From positions 50,676 to 114,675 of the forward strand of contig JBDIWC010000007.1 of the NCBI GenBank assembly GCA_039794085.1: DNA of 64,000 nt. Reading direction: 5' to 3'. The DNA is from Gemmatimonadales bacterium (lineage in GTDB: Bacteria; Gemmatimonadota; Gemmatimonadetes; Gemmatimonadales; GWC2-71-9). Of this stretch, positions 18,331 to 27,685 are shown piece after piece; position 1 is the stretch's first letter, and the number at the start of each line of letters is the position of its first letter. Both the position numbers and the translations under genes were made by a program. The notes under the pieces were generated by a model. That model saw only the letters and a program-made list of their open reading frames with translations. It made no database searches and had not been told where the DNA came from.

Positions 18331-20015
18331 CGGGGCCGTTCCTGTGCCTGTCGGCCCCGCTCCTCCAGGCCTCTCAGGAGCTCGCAGCTGTCCCCGGTTC
18401 CGTCGGTCCGCAGTTCCAGCAGGACCGTCTCCTCCCCGAAGGTGCGCACCACTCGGAGCTCGTGGCATCGGGGTGCGAGTAACGCCGGCATTTCGAACTG
18501 GTCATGTGGCGTGAGTGCCGCCAGCAGAATGTATGTCACCCCCGCGTTACGGAGCCCCTCCAGGACCCGGTCGGGCTCCACTCCCCGGACCCACTCGATC
18601 GAGTGCTCCACCGTCCGTCCCGAGTGCCAGGCAAAGGCGGCCTCCCGGTCCGCCAGCACCACGCCAGGCGGGAGACTGTCCCGGGCGTACCGGGCGGCGG
18701 CAAAGAAGCCGAGCTGTTCGGGGGTGTGACAGGTGGGAGATTCGTATTGCCGCGCGCGATCGCATGCCACGCCTCTCGCCACCAGGTTCCATGAATCCGG
18801 GACCAGTTGCAGGGGGATCGCCACAAGGAGCACGCCGGTGGCAACCCACCCACCCCACCGGCCCACGCGTTCGCGCAGAACCAGGATTCCGGAAAACAGG
18901 GTGAGCCACACCAGGGGTTGCACCGGATAGAGCAAACGACGCCGCTGCCAGGTCCACAGGATCAACACACCGAGGTACAGGGCAAGGTACACCGGCGCGA
19001 TCCTGCATCGACGCCAGAGATGCCAGCACCCCGCACCCCCGACGACCAGGGCGACCAGAACCCAGAGCAGGTTGTCGATCAAAAGGCCCTGAATGCGGAG
19101 AAACGGCAGGATCGCGGGAATGTCCTGGCCGAGGAGGCCGAAGAGACGCCTCATCGCCTTACCGGCCATGGTCAGGGTCGCATCGAGGATGCCGACGGAC
19201 GACCCCGGAACTGTGGCGCTCAGATCACCCCCGTAGGACCGGCCCAACCCCCGTTGCGGCCCGAACAGGGTCCAGGCCATCCAGGGCCCGAACCCCAGCG
19301 CTGCCACCACCACCATGCTCAACGCCGCGCGCCACCTCCGATCCAGCATCCACACCAGAATCACCGCCACCAGGAGCGCGATGCCGATGGTCCGAACATA
19401 GGCGGCGGCCAGAGCGGAAGCGCCGGCAAGGGCCATGATCCCCGGGGACCGGGATCCACTGGACACCGCCCAGATGGCCAGCATGCTGAAAAACAGGTAG
19501 GCGGCCTCCGCAAAGATCCATCCCCCCATCCAGAGCGCGGGGACACCGAACCCCACGATGAGCAGCAGGACGAAGGCCCAGGGTTCGGGCCCCAGACGCC
19601 GCCCCACGAGGAAGAGCAGCAGCAGACTGGCGCCGGTCAGAAGCGGCGGCAGGATGAAGGCGGCCCCGATGGAGTTCCCCGTGGCCAGCCCGTAGACCGC
19701 AAGCATCGCGGGCCATCCGGGCGGATACTGAACATGAGGAATCGGAACGTGCAGATAAATGTCCTGGTACCGGAACATCTGCAGCGCGTTGCGCAGGAAG
19801 AGATACAGGGCGTCATCGTTGCCCACCGACACGCCGGGATTGTGCGCCAGCCACGCGATGAGGGCGTGAAGCACCACCACAAGGAACGCGGCCCGGAACC
19901 AGACCGAGGTTGCCGAGAGCCATGGGACCAGGCGTCGCCACCCGGTGGCGGCGACCATGCTATCCGCCATGGCCTGCCCGGTCCCGTGTTTTGCCGCCGG
20001 ATCCGTCCAGGACAT
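18327..20015 (-). CDS. ArnT/PMT-like GT-C membrane glycosyltransferase (start may be 19970 or 19958)
   Basis: GNDDALY first-loop acidic pair, YPPGWP, AEAAYLF and RTIGIAL motifs; many TM helices. Confidence 0.72.
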   Translation of the reverse strand: MSWTDPAAKHGTGQAMADSMVAATGWRRLVPWLSATSVWFRAAFLVVVLHALIAWLAHNPGVSVGNDDALYLFLRNALQMFRYQDIYLHVPIPHVQYPPGWPAMLAVYGLATGNSIGAAFILPPLLTGASLLLLFLVGRRLGPEPWAFVLLLIVGFGVPALWMGGWIFAEAAYLFFSMLAIWAVSSGSRSPGIMALAGASALAAAYVRTIGIALLVAVILVWMLDRRWRAALSMVVVAALGFGPWMAWTLFGPQRGLGRSYGGDLSATVPGSSVGILDATLTMAGKAMRRLFGLLGQDIPAILPFLRIQGLLIDNLLWVLVALVVGGAGCWHLWRRCRIAPVYLALYLGVLILWTWQRRRLLYPVQPLVWLTLFSGILVLRERVGRWGGWVATGVLLVAIPLQLVPDSWNLVARGVACDRARQYESPTCHTPEQLGFFAAARYARDSLPPGVVLADREAAFAWHSGRTVEHSIEWVRGVEPDRVLEGLRNAGVTYILLAALTPHDQFEMPALLAPRCHELRVVRTFGEETVLLELRTDGTGDSCELLRGLEERGRQAQERPR

Positions 20016-21186
20016 CCCGGATGGCGGTGGAAAGCGTGGACACGATCGTGTCCCAGTCGTATAGCCGAGCCACCGCGCGCCGCCGTTCGACCTGTTCCGG
20101 TGTCCGGGCCGGGGAGCTCAGGGCGTCACGAATGGCGGTACTCCATTGGTCCACGGTCGTGGCCAACGTGATCACATCCGCGTGCGCACATACCGCGGGG
20201 ACCGGCGTGGTGACGACCGGACGACCAGCAGCGAGATACTCATGCAGTTTCATCGGATAGATGTTGCGGGTGTAGAGGTTGAGCAGATAGGGCATGATGG
20301 CCACATCCACATGCTGCATGTAGGCTCCCAGTTCCGCACTCGGCTTCGCACCCAGCAGATGAAAGTTGGACCGCCCTTCCAGGGCAGCGACGGCGCGCAG
20401 CAGGTCGGGGTCGCCCTTGACCCCTCCCACGAACACCCATTGCCATTCCGGGTGCCGGTCGACCAGGGCCTCGATCAGCATCCAGTCAAGCTGCTCCTTG
20501 ATCCACCCCACGTACCCGATGCGCGGTCCGGGGATCGGGTGGAGATCGGGGGGTTCAGGTACCGGATGCGCGAACTGCTCGAAATCGACTCCATTCGGCG
20601 CACGGACCGGGCGACGAGCGAATCGTGCCTTCCGCTCCCATAGCACGTCGGAGTGAATCGCGACGAGGTCGGCTCGCTGGAGGATGTCCATCTCGCGCGG
20701 ATCCATCCCATCGTTCGATGGGTCGAACGTGTATTCATCATCCACATGGTAGATCACCGCATCCCATTTCAGGAGGTCAGCCGCTCGGGCGAAACCGGGC
20801 CGCCAGAGGTACAGCACATAGCGACGGCATCCCCTGCGGTGCAGGCGCCGACGGGCAAGGTACAACCGCAACCAGAGGAGAAGGTTCCCGACAAGACGAG
20901 GACGGTGAACGACTGGAAGTATCCAGCCCAGCTGGTCCACATCCAACCCGCGTGGAGGGGTCGACGCCGGGGAAGGCGCCCGGAACCCACTGCGGAGCGC
21001 CTCGCGCCAACCGGGAGCCGGTGAAAGCCACACGACGGGAGACCACCTCGCAAGTCGGCTGAGCACGTGATGCCGCGGTTGCCACATATGGCCCCATTGA
21101 TCCGGCACCATCGCGACGATCCCGACCCCGGGTCCCAGGCCCTCGTGCCCCGCCTCCTCGGCCCGTACCCCTCCGCCTGCCGCCAT
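19960..21186 (-). CDS. GT-B glycosyltransferase (GT4/TuaH-like)
   Basis: WQPRHHV, YHVDDEY, PNGVDF and YPMKLHEYLAAGRPVV motifs; ATG 21186 with AGGAGG RBS. Confidence 0.88.
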   Translation of the reverse strand: MAAGGGVRAEEAGHEGLGPGVGIVAMVPDQWGHMWQPRHHVLSRLARWSPVVWLSPAPGWREALRSGFRAPSPASTPPRGLDVDQLGWILPVVHRPRLVGNLLLWLRLYLARRRLHRRGCRRYVLYLWRPGFARAADLLKWDAVIYHVDDEYTFDPSNDGMDPREMDILQRADLVAIHSDVLWERKARFARRPVRAPNGVDFEQFAHPVPEPPDLHPIPGPRIGYVGWIKEQLDWMLIEALVDRHPEWQWVFVGGVKGDPDLLRAVAALEGRSNFHLLGAKPSAELGAYMQHVDVAIMPYLLNLYTRNIYPMKLHEYLAAGRPVVTTPVPAVCAHADVITLATTVDQWSTAIRDALSSPARTPEQVERRRAVARLYDWDTIVSTLSTAIRDVLDGSGGKTRDRAGHGG

Positions 21187-21464
21187 TACCACCGGACACC
21201 TCCTGCGACCAGGGAGCGGGGAATTCCACGAGGATGACCCAAGGTTCCGGTGGGAGGTATCGGACGCATGGCCCTGCTCTTGCAACCCACGTTTCACGCC
21301 CTTTCCTGGGTGGCGGATTTCCCCTTGGGGAAGATAGCGGCTGGGACCGAACCATTTTCACGACGGGTGACGTCCAGTCCAAGGCACCACCCCCGTGAAG
21401 GGGTCAAGGGACGAAGGGGTGTCTCAGAAGTCGTCTCGGATGCCACGCCTGGAGCGCAAGAGGA

Positions 21465-22631
21465 ATGCCACCGAAATCGCTTCTCATCAGCAGCACCTAC
21501 TTTCCGCCCCAGGTGGGGGGAATCTCCGCTCTCATGCGAGGTGCCGCGAGCGCGCTCGGTCCCGACGCGGTGGCCTGCGTGACGGGTGTGAAGGGGGCCC
21601 CCCGGACACTCCCCGAGAGCGGGGTGCGGGTGTACCGGCGGCCCGGGATCTTTCTCGGTAACAGGGTGACCCAGTCACTCTGCGTGGGAGCGGTGCTGAC
21701 CGAGCTCGTCGTCCGGGAGCGCCCCCGCCTCCTGCAGGTGGCCACGGTCTATGACGGGCTCCCGGCCCTGATGATGTCCCGGGTGACCGGGTGGCCGATC
21801 GTGGTCTGGGCCCACGGCAATGAGATACTGAGTCTGAGGGACGAGTCGTACTCGCGCCCCGGGCAGGCCCTCCGGACCGCGGCCCGGGTCATCGCCAACA
21901 GCCGATTCACCCGCCAGCTCCTGCTCGAGGCGGGAGTACGGGAGGAGCGGATCCGGATCTTCCACCCCCGCTGTGATGCCGCCACCTTCACACCGGGTGA
22001 CCCGACCGCCACCCGCGCCTCACTCGGAATTGCCGCCGAGGGGCCGGTGATTCTCTCGGTCGGAGGGCTGGTGGAGCGGAAGGGCCACGACATCGTGCTG
22101 CAGGCGCTTCCCGCCCTCCTGCGGGAATTCCCCACGCTCCAGTATCTGATCGTGGGAGACGGCCCCCACCGCCCCGCCCTGGAGCAGATGGCCCGGCAAC
22201 TCGGCGTGGCCTATCAGGTCCGGTTCGAGGGCCGCGTTCCCGACGAGCAGCTTCCCGACTACTACCGCGCCTCCGACGTGGTGGCGCTGGTGAGCCGCCA
22301 CCGGGACGCGGAACATGATGTGGAGGGGTTCGGCATCACCTTCCTGGAGGCCGCGGCCACCGCCCGGCCAGCCGTGGGGGGGCGATCGGGCGGGATCGAG
22401 GACGCCGTGGTGGAGGGCGAGACCGGGTTCCTGGTCGATCCGGCGTCCGTGGAGGACACGGCGGCGGCCATCGGACGGTTGCTGCGGAACCGGGATTTGG
22501 CGGCGCGGATGGGAGAGGCGGGACGGCGGCGGGTCGTGGCCGGGTTCACCTGGGAGGGAGGGGCGGCGGAGCTGCGAAGTATCCTGGATGACGCCGTAGG
22601 GGCGACCCGTGGGGCGCCCTTGTCGCGATGA
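21465..22631 (+). CDS. GT4 glycosyltransferase (PimB-like)
   Basis: FPPQVGGI, AHGNE, VGGLVERKG and EGFGITFLEA motifs. Confidence 0.92.
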   Translation: MPPKSLLISSTYFPPQVGGISALMRGAASALGPDAVACVTGVKGAPRTLPESGVRVYRRPGIFLGNRVTQSLCVGAVLTELVVRERPRLLQVATVYDGLPALMMSRVTGWPIVVWAHGNEILSLRDESYSRPGQALRTAARVIANSRFTRQLLLEAGVREERIRIFHPRCDAATFTPGDPTATRASLGIAAEGPVILSVGGLVERKGHDIVLQALPALLREFPTLQYLIVGDGPHRPALEQMARQLGVAYQVRFEGRVPDEQLPDYYRASDVVALVSRHRDAEHDVEGFGITFLEAAATARPAVGGRSGGIEDAVVEGETGFLVDPASVEDTAAAIGRLLRNRDLAARMGEAGRRRVVAGFTWEGGAAELRSILDDAVGATRGAPLSR

Positions 22632-22893
22632 CCGTCATTGCGAGGGCCCGCAGGGCCCGTGGCAATCTCGTGAGCGGTAGGCGGTGGGCGGTAGGCGGTA
22701 GGCCCCACACCACCCGATGCCGTCATTGCGAGGGCCCGCAGGGCCCGTGGCAATCTCGTGAGCCGGTGCCTGCCCGCAACGACGCCCCGTCGGCCTTCAC
22801 GCCGGAACCGCATCGGGTTGCCGGTCAGACCCGGGCGACGCATGCGTCGCCCCTACGGGATCGCCACGGCGGCTGCGCCGCCTCGCGATGACA
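22631..22893. repeat. Palindromic MITE/REP-like composite: a partial copy (22631-22675), (GCGGTAG)x4, and a full 174-bp copy (22720-22893)
   Basis: Terminal inverted repeats GTCATTGCGAG...CTCGCGATGAC; internal GTAG-type REP GGGCGACGCATGCGTCGCCCCTAC. Confidence 0.85.
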
Positions 22894-24460
22894 TCCCGTC
22901 GGCTACGCGCCCCGCCTGCCACGCCTGGATACCGCCGACGATCCCGGCCGCCGATTGGGCGACCCCTTCCGCCGAGCGCAGCCATGCCTCCCGCGTGGGC
23001 ATCACCAGGGCGGTGATCTCGACCAGGGCGGCGGGGAACCAGGTGGGCCGGAGAACGGCGAGGTTGGACTGGACCGTTCCCATGCGACTTTGCCCCGTGA
23101 CCGCCGGGACCGAGTCCCTGAGGCCTCGGGCGAGGGAAAGGGCATGGGGATGCCACCAGTAGACCCGGGTGCCATCCACCGATTCGGGTGGGCGCCCGTC
23201 GCCCGGTGAGTTGGCGTGGATCGACACGAACAATTCCGCGCCGGCCGCCTCGGCGAGCGCCATCCGCGCCTCGAGCGACACCGGCTCCGGGGTACCGCGG
23301 GTCAGGATCGGTTGGGCACCGAGGGTGCGGAGAAGACGGGCCGTCTCGAGCGCCACCGCCAGGTTGACCGAATCCTCCGTCAGGCCGGTGGGTCCGGTGG
23401 CGCCTCCCGGGGGATGCCCCGGATCGAGGGCCACGACGAGTCCTTCGAGCCCGGTCCCGGCGGCCGCGAGGGGACGGATCTCCAGCGTGGCCCGACCCCG
23501 GCTCCAGGCGGTTCGCCATCCCAGGAGTGGAGCCGCGAGTTCCAGATCCACGACGACACGACCATCTCCCCGATCGCTCACCGACGCCTGACGGACCAGC
23601 GCCGCCGTGATTCCGGGCGCCGTGACCTGACCGGCGCGGGCCCGGAACAGGGTCCAGCGCAGGTGATCCTCGACCAGATCCACCGAGGTCGGGAGGAGGT
23701 CGGATGCGCCGAATGCCACGACCGTGACACCCCTGGCCTGGGTCAGGGTGAGCGGGCCCAGGGTCAGCAGGGCAGCCCGGGGCGCCGACGCCGCCTCCGT
23801 TTCGGCGCGGCTCACCCACACCGCGACCTTCCGGGCCAGGCGGACCCGTACCTCGCTCTCCGTTTCCGCGTCGGTCGGGAGCACGGTTCGTAGTGACATC
23901 GCGAGGGCCAGGTCGCCGCCCGGCGTCCAGCGCCCGAAGACCGGTCGGGCCAGCGTGGCCGGGTCCATCGTGTCACTGGGCAGGCGGCGCAGGCGGACCC
24001 AGCCGGGGGACGAGCGGACCCGCTTCGGTGGCGGGGACGCGGCGCCGTGGCGCAGGGTGACGGGAAACGAGCGGCGCAGGGTTTCGCTCCCCTTGCTCGC
24101 CTCGATCTCGAGCACCGGTGCGTCACCGGAGGGAAGGGGGAGAAAGGCCGCGAATCCGCCGTTTGCCGCCACCGGCACGGGGTGCCCGTTCACCCGGAGC
24201 CGCGCCCTGCCGGTACCCACGGTACCCCAGAGGGCGATCGAGTCGGTCACCGGCACCGGGTCGGAGGTGGGGTGGCGCAGCTCGACCACCAGTGGCCCAT
24301 CCACCGGGGGGATGGTATACTCTGGCGGGCGGCACCCACCCAGGATCACCATGCCCAGCAGCGGACCGGCCTGAGTCATGCCAGAGAGCACGGCGAGAAG
24401 AGTACGCCTGGGCGTCCTGCTGGTACTGTCCCTGGGGCTGGGGTTGGGCCTCATGACCAT
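22853..24460 (-). CDS. N-acetylmuramoyl-L-alanine amidase (Amidase_3), probable lipoprotein; start uncertain (24460, 24454 or 24379)
   Basis: VALDPGH, E.SVNL, ILTR, FVSIHAN and PAALVE motifs; LGGC lipobox-like sequence. Confidence 0.85.
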   Translation of the reverse strand: MVMRPNPSPRDSTSRTPRRTLLAVLSGMTQAGPLLGMVILGGCRPPEYTIPPVDGPLVVELRHPTSDPVPVTDSIALWGTVGTGRARLRVNGHPVPVAANGGFAAFLPLPSGDAPVLEIEASKGSETLRRSFPVTLRHGAASPPPKRVRSSPGWVRLRRLPSDTMDPATLARPVFGRWTPGGDLALAMSLRTVLPTDAETESEVRVRLARKVAVWVSRAETEAASAPRAALLTLGPLTLTQARGVTVVAFGASDLLPTSVDLVEDHLRWTLFRARAGQVTAPGITAALVRQASVSDRGDGRVVVDLELAAPLLGWRTAWSRGRATLEIRPLAAAGTGLEGLVVALDPGHPPGGATGPTGLTEDSVNLAVALETARLLRTLGAQPILTRGTPEPVSLEARMALAEAAGAELFVSIHANSPGDGRPPESVDGTRVYWWHPHALSLARGLRDSVPAVTGQSRMGTVQSNLAVLRPTWFPAALVEITALVMPTREAWLRSAEGVAQSAAGIVGGIQAWQAGRVADGMSSRGGAAAVAIP

Positions 24461-25283
24461 CGCCGACCTTTCATTCACCTGGATTCGCCATGGCCCGCGG
24501 ATCGAGGCATTGGCGCATTCGGCTCCGCCGATGACGGCCTTCATGGATCTGCGGGACCGGGAGGGCCACCCTCCACGCCTTCGCCGGTGGGTACCACTCG
24601 ATTCCCTGCCGGTCCCGGTGGTCTGCGCGGTTCTCGCCGCCGAGAATGTCCGATTCTTCCAGCACGGAACCCTGGATTACGCCAATCAGAGGGCGATGCT
24701 CTCCCGGGTTCTGCACGGCGACTTTTCGCGGGGAGGGAGCGGCATCGCCCAGCAACTGGCGCGCAACCTCTATCTCCAGCCGGACCGCACGATCCACCGG
24801 AAGCTACGGGAGTACGTGCTGGCGTACAAGATATCCCATGCCCTCACCAAGGAGAGACAGCTCGAGCTCTATCTCAACCTGGTCGAGTGGGGAGACGGCG
24901 TGTGGGGTGTGGCGGCGGGGAGCGAGCACCTCTTTCAGCGCCCCCTCGATCAGCTCACGGCGAGCGAGGTCGTCCTCCTCGCCAACGTGCCCCCGGCTCC
25001 GGCCCGGGGGCTCGCGTTCGCGACGGCGCGTGCCCGCCGAGCCAAGGCAGTCACGGTGGCGGGCATCCTCTGGCGAGAGGGGGTCCTGGATGGTGTCCAG
25101 TGGAGCGCCACCGTGGCCCGGATTCGCCGCATCGGAGACTTCGTGGATTTCGGCATGACACCAGCCGAGGCAGCCCTCGCGGTCACGGGAGAGATGGGGG
25201 AAGAAGAGGTGGTCACGGAACGGGGGACCGTTCGGGAAGCCGCGCGAGACCGATGCGATCCGGGAAATCGCGGAATCCTGTAG
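24378..25283 (+). CDS. mtgA: Monofunctional peptidoglycan transglycosylase (GT51)
   Basis: AEN.RFFQH, GGSGIAQQLARNL, RKLRE, LELYLNLVEWG and N-terminal TM anchor; motif 1 reads EN rather than the canonical ED. Confidence 0.82.
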   Translation: MPESTARRVRLGVLLVLSLGLGLGLMTIADLSFTWIRHGPRIEALAHSAPPMTAFMDLRDREGHPPRLRRWVPLDSLPVPVVCAVLAAENVRFFQHGTLDYANQRAMLSRVLHGDFSRGGSGIAQQLARNLYLQPDRTIHRKLREYVLAYKISHALTKERQLELYLNLVEWGDGVWGVAAGSEHLFQRPLDQLTASEVVLLANVPPAPARGLAFATARARRAKAVTVAGILWREGVLDGVQWSATVARIRRIGDFVDFGMTPAEAALAVTGEMGEEEVVTERGTVREAARDRCDPGNRGIL

Positions 25284-25341
25284 GGGCGGTCCGTGGACCG
25301 TCATTGATCGCGGGATCACCGTTGCAGGGGCGGTCCGTGGA

Positions 25342-25516
25342 CCGTCATTGCGAGGGCCCGCAGGGCCCGTGGCAATCTCGTGAACCGGTGCCGGCCCTGA
25401 ATGACGCCCCGTCGGCCATCACGCCGGAACCGCATCGGGTTGCCGGTCAGACCCGGGCGACGCATGCGTCGCCCCTACGGGATCGCCACGGCGGCATGCG
25501 CCGCCTCGCGATGACA
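25342..25516. repeat. Second copy (direct orientation, ~7 differences) of the 174-bp palindromic element at 22720-22893
   Basis: Base-by-base comparison. Confidence 0.9.
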
Positions 25517-25540
25517 CCCCTCCACCCATATCTTGCAGCC

Positions 25541-27082
25541 ATGACCCCATCCGGTCCACCCGACACCCCGACCCAGAGCCCCACCCCCTCCCTCCCGTCC
25601 GCCGCGATCCCTCCGCGCAACGCCGAGCCGGACCGCGCGGTGGACCGGGCCCTGGTGCGCGGGATCGCCTGGACCGGCAGCATGAAGTGGGCAACCCAGT
25701 TCATCACCTGGGCCGGGATGATCGTGCTGGCCCGGCTCCTCACCCCCGAGGACTACGGCCTGGTGGGGATGGCCACCATCTATCTCGGCTTCATCACCAT
25801 CATCACCGAATTCGGGCTCGGCGCCTCGATCATCACCATCCGCACCCTCTCCCGGCACCAGGTGGCCCAGCTCAATACCGTGGCCCTGGCCCTGGGCCTT
25901 CTCGGCGCCGCGGTCACCATCGCATCCGCGGTTCCGCTGGGTCTCTTCTTCCGGGCGCCGGAGCTCCCCTGGGTGGCCGTTGCGCTGAGCAGCACCTTCG
26001 TCATCGCCTCCTTCAAGATCGTGCCCACGGCGCTCCTGCAGAAGGCACTCCGGTTCCGTGCCCTGGCGATCATTGACGCGGGTTATGCGGTGCTGTTCAC
26101 CGCGGCCAACATCGGATTTGCCCTCCTCGGCTACCGCTACTGGGCGCTGGTGCTGGGCGGGATCGTGGCCAACATCACCGCGGCCCTGGTGCTCAATTTC
26201 TATCAGCCCCACGGATACGCCTGGCCCCGGCGGAGCGACCTGGGCCCCGCGATGCGCTTCAGCAACGACGTGCTGATCGGCCGGATCGCCTGGTACTTCT
26301 ATTCCAACGCCGACTTTGCCACCGCCGGCCGGATGCTGGGCAAGGGCCTGCTCGGAGCCTACACCTTTGCGTGGACCATCGCGAGCATGCCGGTGGAAAA
26401 GGTGACGAGTCTCGTCACCCGGGTCACCCCGGCGGTCTTTGCCCGGTTACAGGACGACCTCCCGGCCCTCCGGCGGATGACCTGTAACGTGACCGAGGGG
26501 CTCGCCCTCCTCACCCTCCCCGCCTCACTCGGCATTGCCGTGGTGGCGGACGATCTGGTGCAGGTGGCGCTGGGCCCGGGGTGGGAAGCCGCGATTGCTC
26601 CGCTCCGGCTCCTGGCCCTCTACGCCTCCCTCCGGTCGATCGTGACGATTCTGCCCCAGGCGCTGATGGCGCTGCACGACACCCGGTGGCTCCGCTGGCA
26701 TGGGCTCGCCAGCACGCTGGTGCTCCCGGCAGCGTTTGTGGTCGGGGCCCGGTGGGGCGCGGTGGGAATCGCGATGGGGTGGATCACGGTCTACCCCCTC
26801 ACCGTGATCCCCCTCTACTGGCGCACCTTCCGGAAAACCGGTCTCGCCGGGCGTGAGTACTTCCGGGCCGTCTGGCCCGCGCTCCGCGGCTCGCTGGTGA
26901 TGGCGGCGGCCGTGATGCTGGTGAACCAGGGGCTGGGGGGCGTGGTGTCCCGTCCGGTGAGCCTGGCGCTGCAGGTCCTCGCCGGGATGCTGGTGTTCGG
27001 TCTGGTGGGGTTCCTCCCGGCCCGGGAGCGGATCACCGGACTGTTCCGGATTCTCCGGTCCCAACCGGTGGCGGCCGCATGA
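25541..27082 (+). CDS. wzx: WzxC-like polysaccharide flippase
   Basis: LARLLTPEDYGLVGMA, FGLGASII and GYRYWALV motifs; ATG 25541 (the upstream ORF extension is repeat/shadow sequence). Confidence 0.9.
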   Translation: MTPSGPPDTPTQSPTPSLPSAAIPPRNAEPDRAVDRALVRGIAWTGSMKWATQFITWAGMIVLARLLTPEDYGLVGMATIYLGFITIITEFGLGASIITIRTLSRHQVAQLNTVALALGLLGAAVTIASAVPLGLFFRAPELPWVAVALSSTFVIASFKIVPTALLQKALRFRALAIIDAGYAVLFTAANIGFALLGYRYWALVLGGIVANITAALVLNFYQPHGYAWPRRSDLGPAMRFSNDVLIGRIAWYFYSNADFATAGRMLGKGLLGAYTFAWTIASMPVEKVTSLVTRVTPAVFARLQDDLPALRRMTCNVTEGLALLTLPASLGIAVVADDLVQVALGPGWEAAIAPLRLLALYASLRSIVTILPQALMALHDTRWLRWHGLASTLVLPAAFVVGARWGAVGIAMGWITVYPLTVIPLYWRTFRKTGLAGREYFRAVWPALRGSLVMAAAVMLVNQGLGGVVSRPVSLALQVLAGMLVFGLVGFLPARERITGLFRILRSQPVAAA

Positions 27083-27624
27083 CGCCGCGGGAGTGGCTCT
27101 CCGCCCTCCGGCACGAGCCTGACCGGTTGTTGCACCCTGCCCGGCGGCGGCGCGCGCTCAACCTCCTCCGGCGCACCCCCCGCCCCACCGCGATCGTGGT
27201 GAGCTGCCTGGGGAACATCTGCCGGAGCCCCTACGCCGAGGCGGTTCTGCGCGAACATCTCACCCGCCGCAACCTCTCCATTCCCCTCTCCTCGGCGGGG
27301 TTGATCGGCCCGGGGCGCCCCGCCGATCCGACGGCCCGGGAACGGGCCCGGGCCCGGGGGATATCCCTCGACGACCACCAATCGCGACTGATCACGCCAG
27401 TGCCCGCGGGGGCGATGCTGCTGCTCATGGACCCGGAACACCGGCCCCGGGTGGAGCCGGTTCTGCACCGCGAGTCGGTGGTGATCGTTCTTGGAGACCT
27501 CGATCCCCACCCCATCACTACCCGAGTGATTCCCGACCCATACGGCCGGACCCCGGAGGAGTTCGACCGCGCGTTCGACCGGATCGACCGGTGCCTGGAG
27601 GTGCTGGTGGAAGGACTCGGGTAG
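27079..27624 (+). CDS. Low-molecular-weight protein-tyrosine phosphatase (Wzb-like)
   Basis: CLGNICRS P-loop, SSAG and DPYG motifs; ATGA coupling to wzx. Confidence 0.9.
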   Translation: MTPREWLSALRHEPDRLLHPARRRRALNLLRRTPRPTAIVVSCLGNICRSPYAEAVLREHLTRRNLSIPLSSAGLIGPGRPADPTARERARARGISLDDHQSRLITPVPAGAMLLLMDPEHRPRVEPVLHRESVVIVLGDLDPHPITTRVIPDPYGRTPEEFDRAFDRIDRCLEVLVEGLG

Positions 27625-27685
27625 CCGTCCTACCCCGGCAGGGCATCCTCCGGAACCGGAACTACGACCCGCAGGCAAGCTGCAC

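Noticed and set aside
22673..22702. ops/JUMPStart element (GGCGGTAG twice)
   Set aside because: It is part of a (GCGGTAG)x4 heptamer run, lacks the nnTG extension, and is not at an operon 5' leader.
24047..25540. N-terminal extension of the 1011-aa wzx ORF
   Set aside because: It overlaps mtgA in another frame and runs through repeat DNA. The flippase plausibly starts at 25541.
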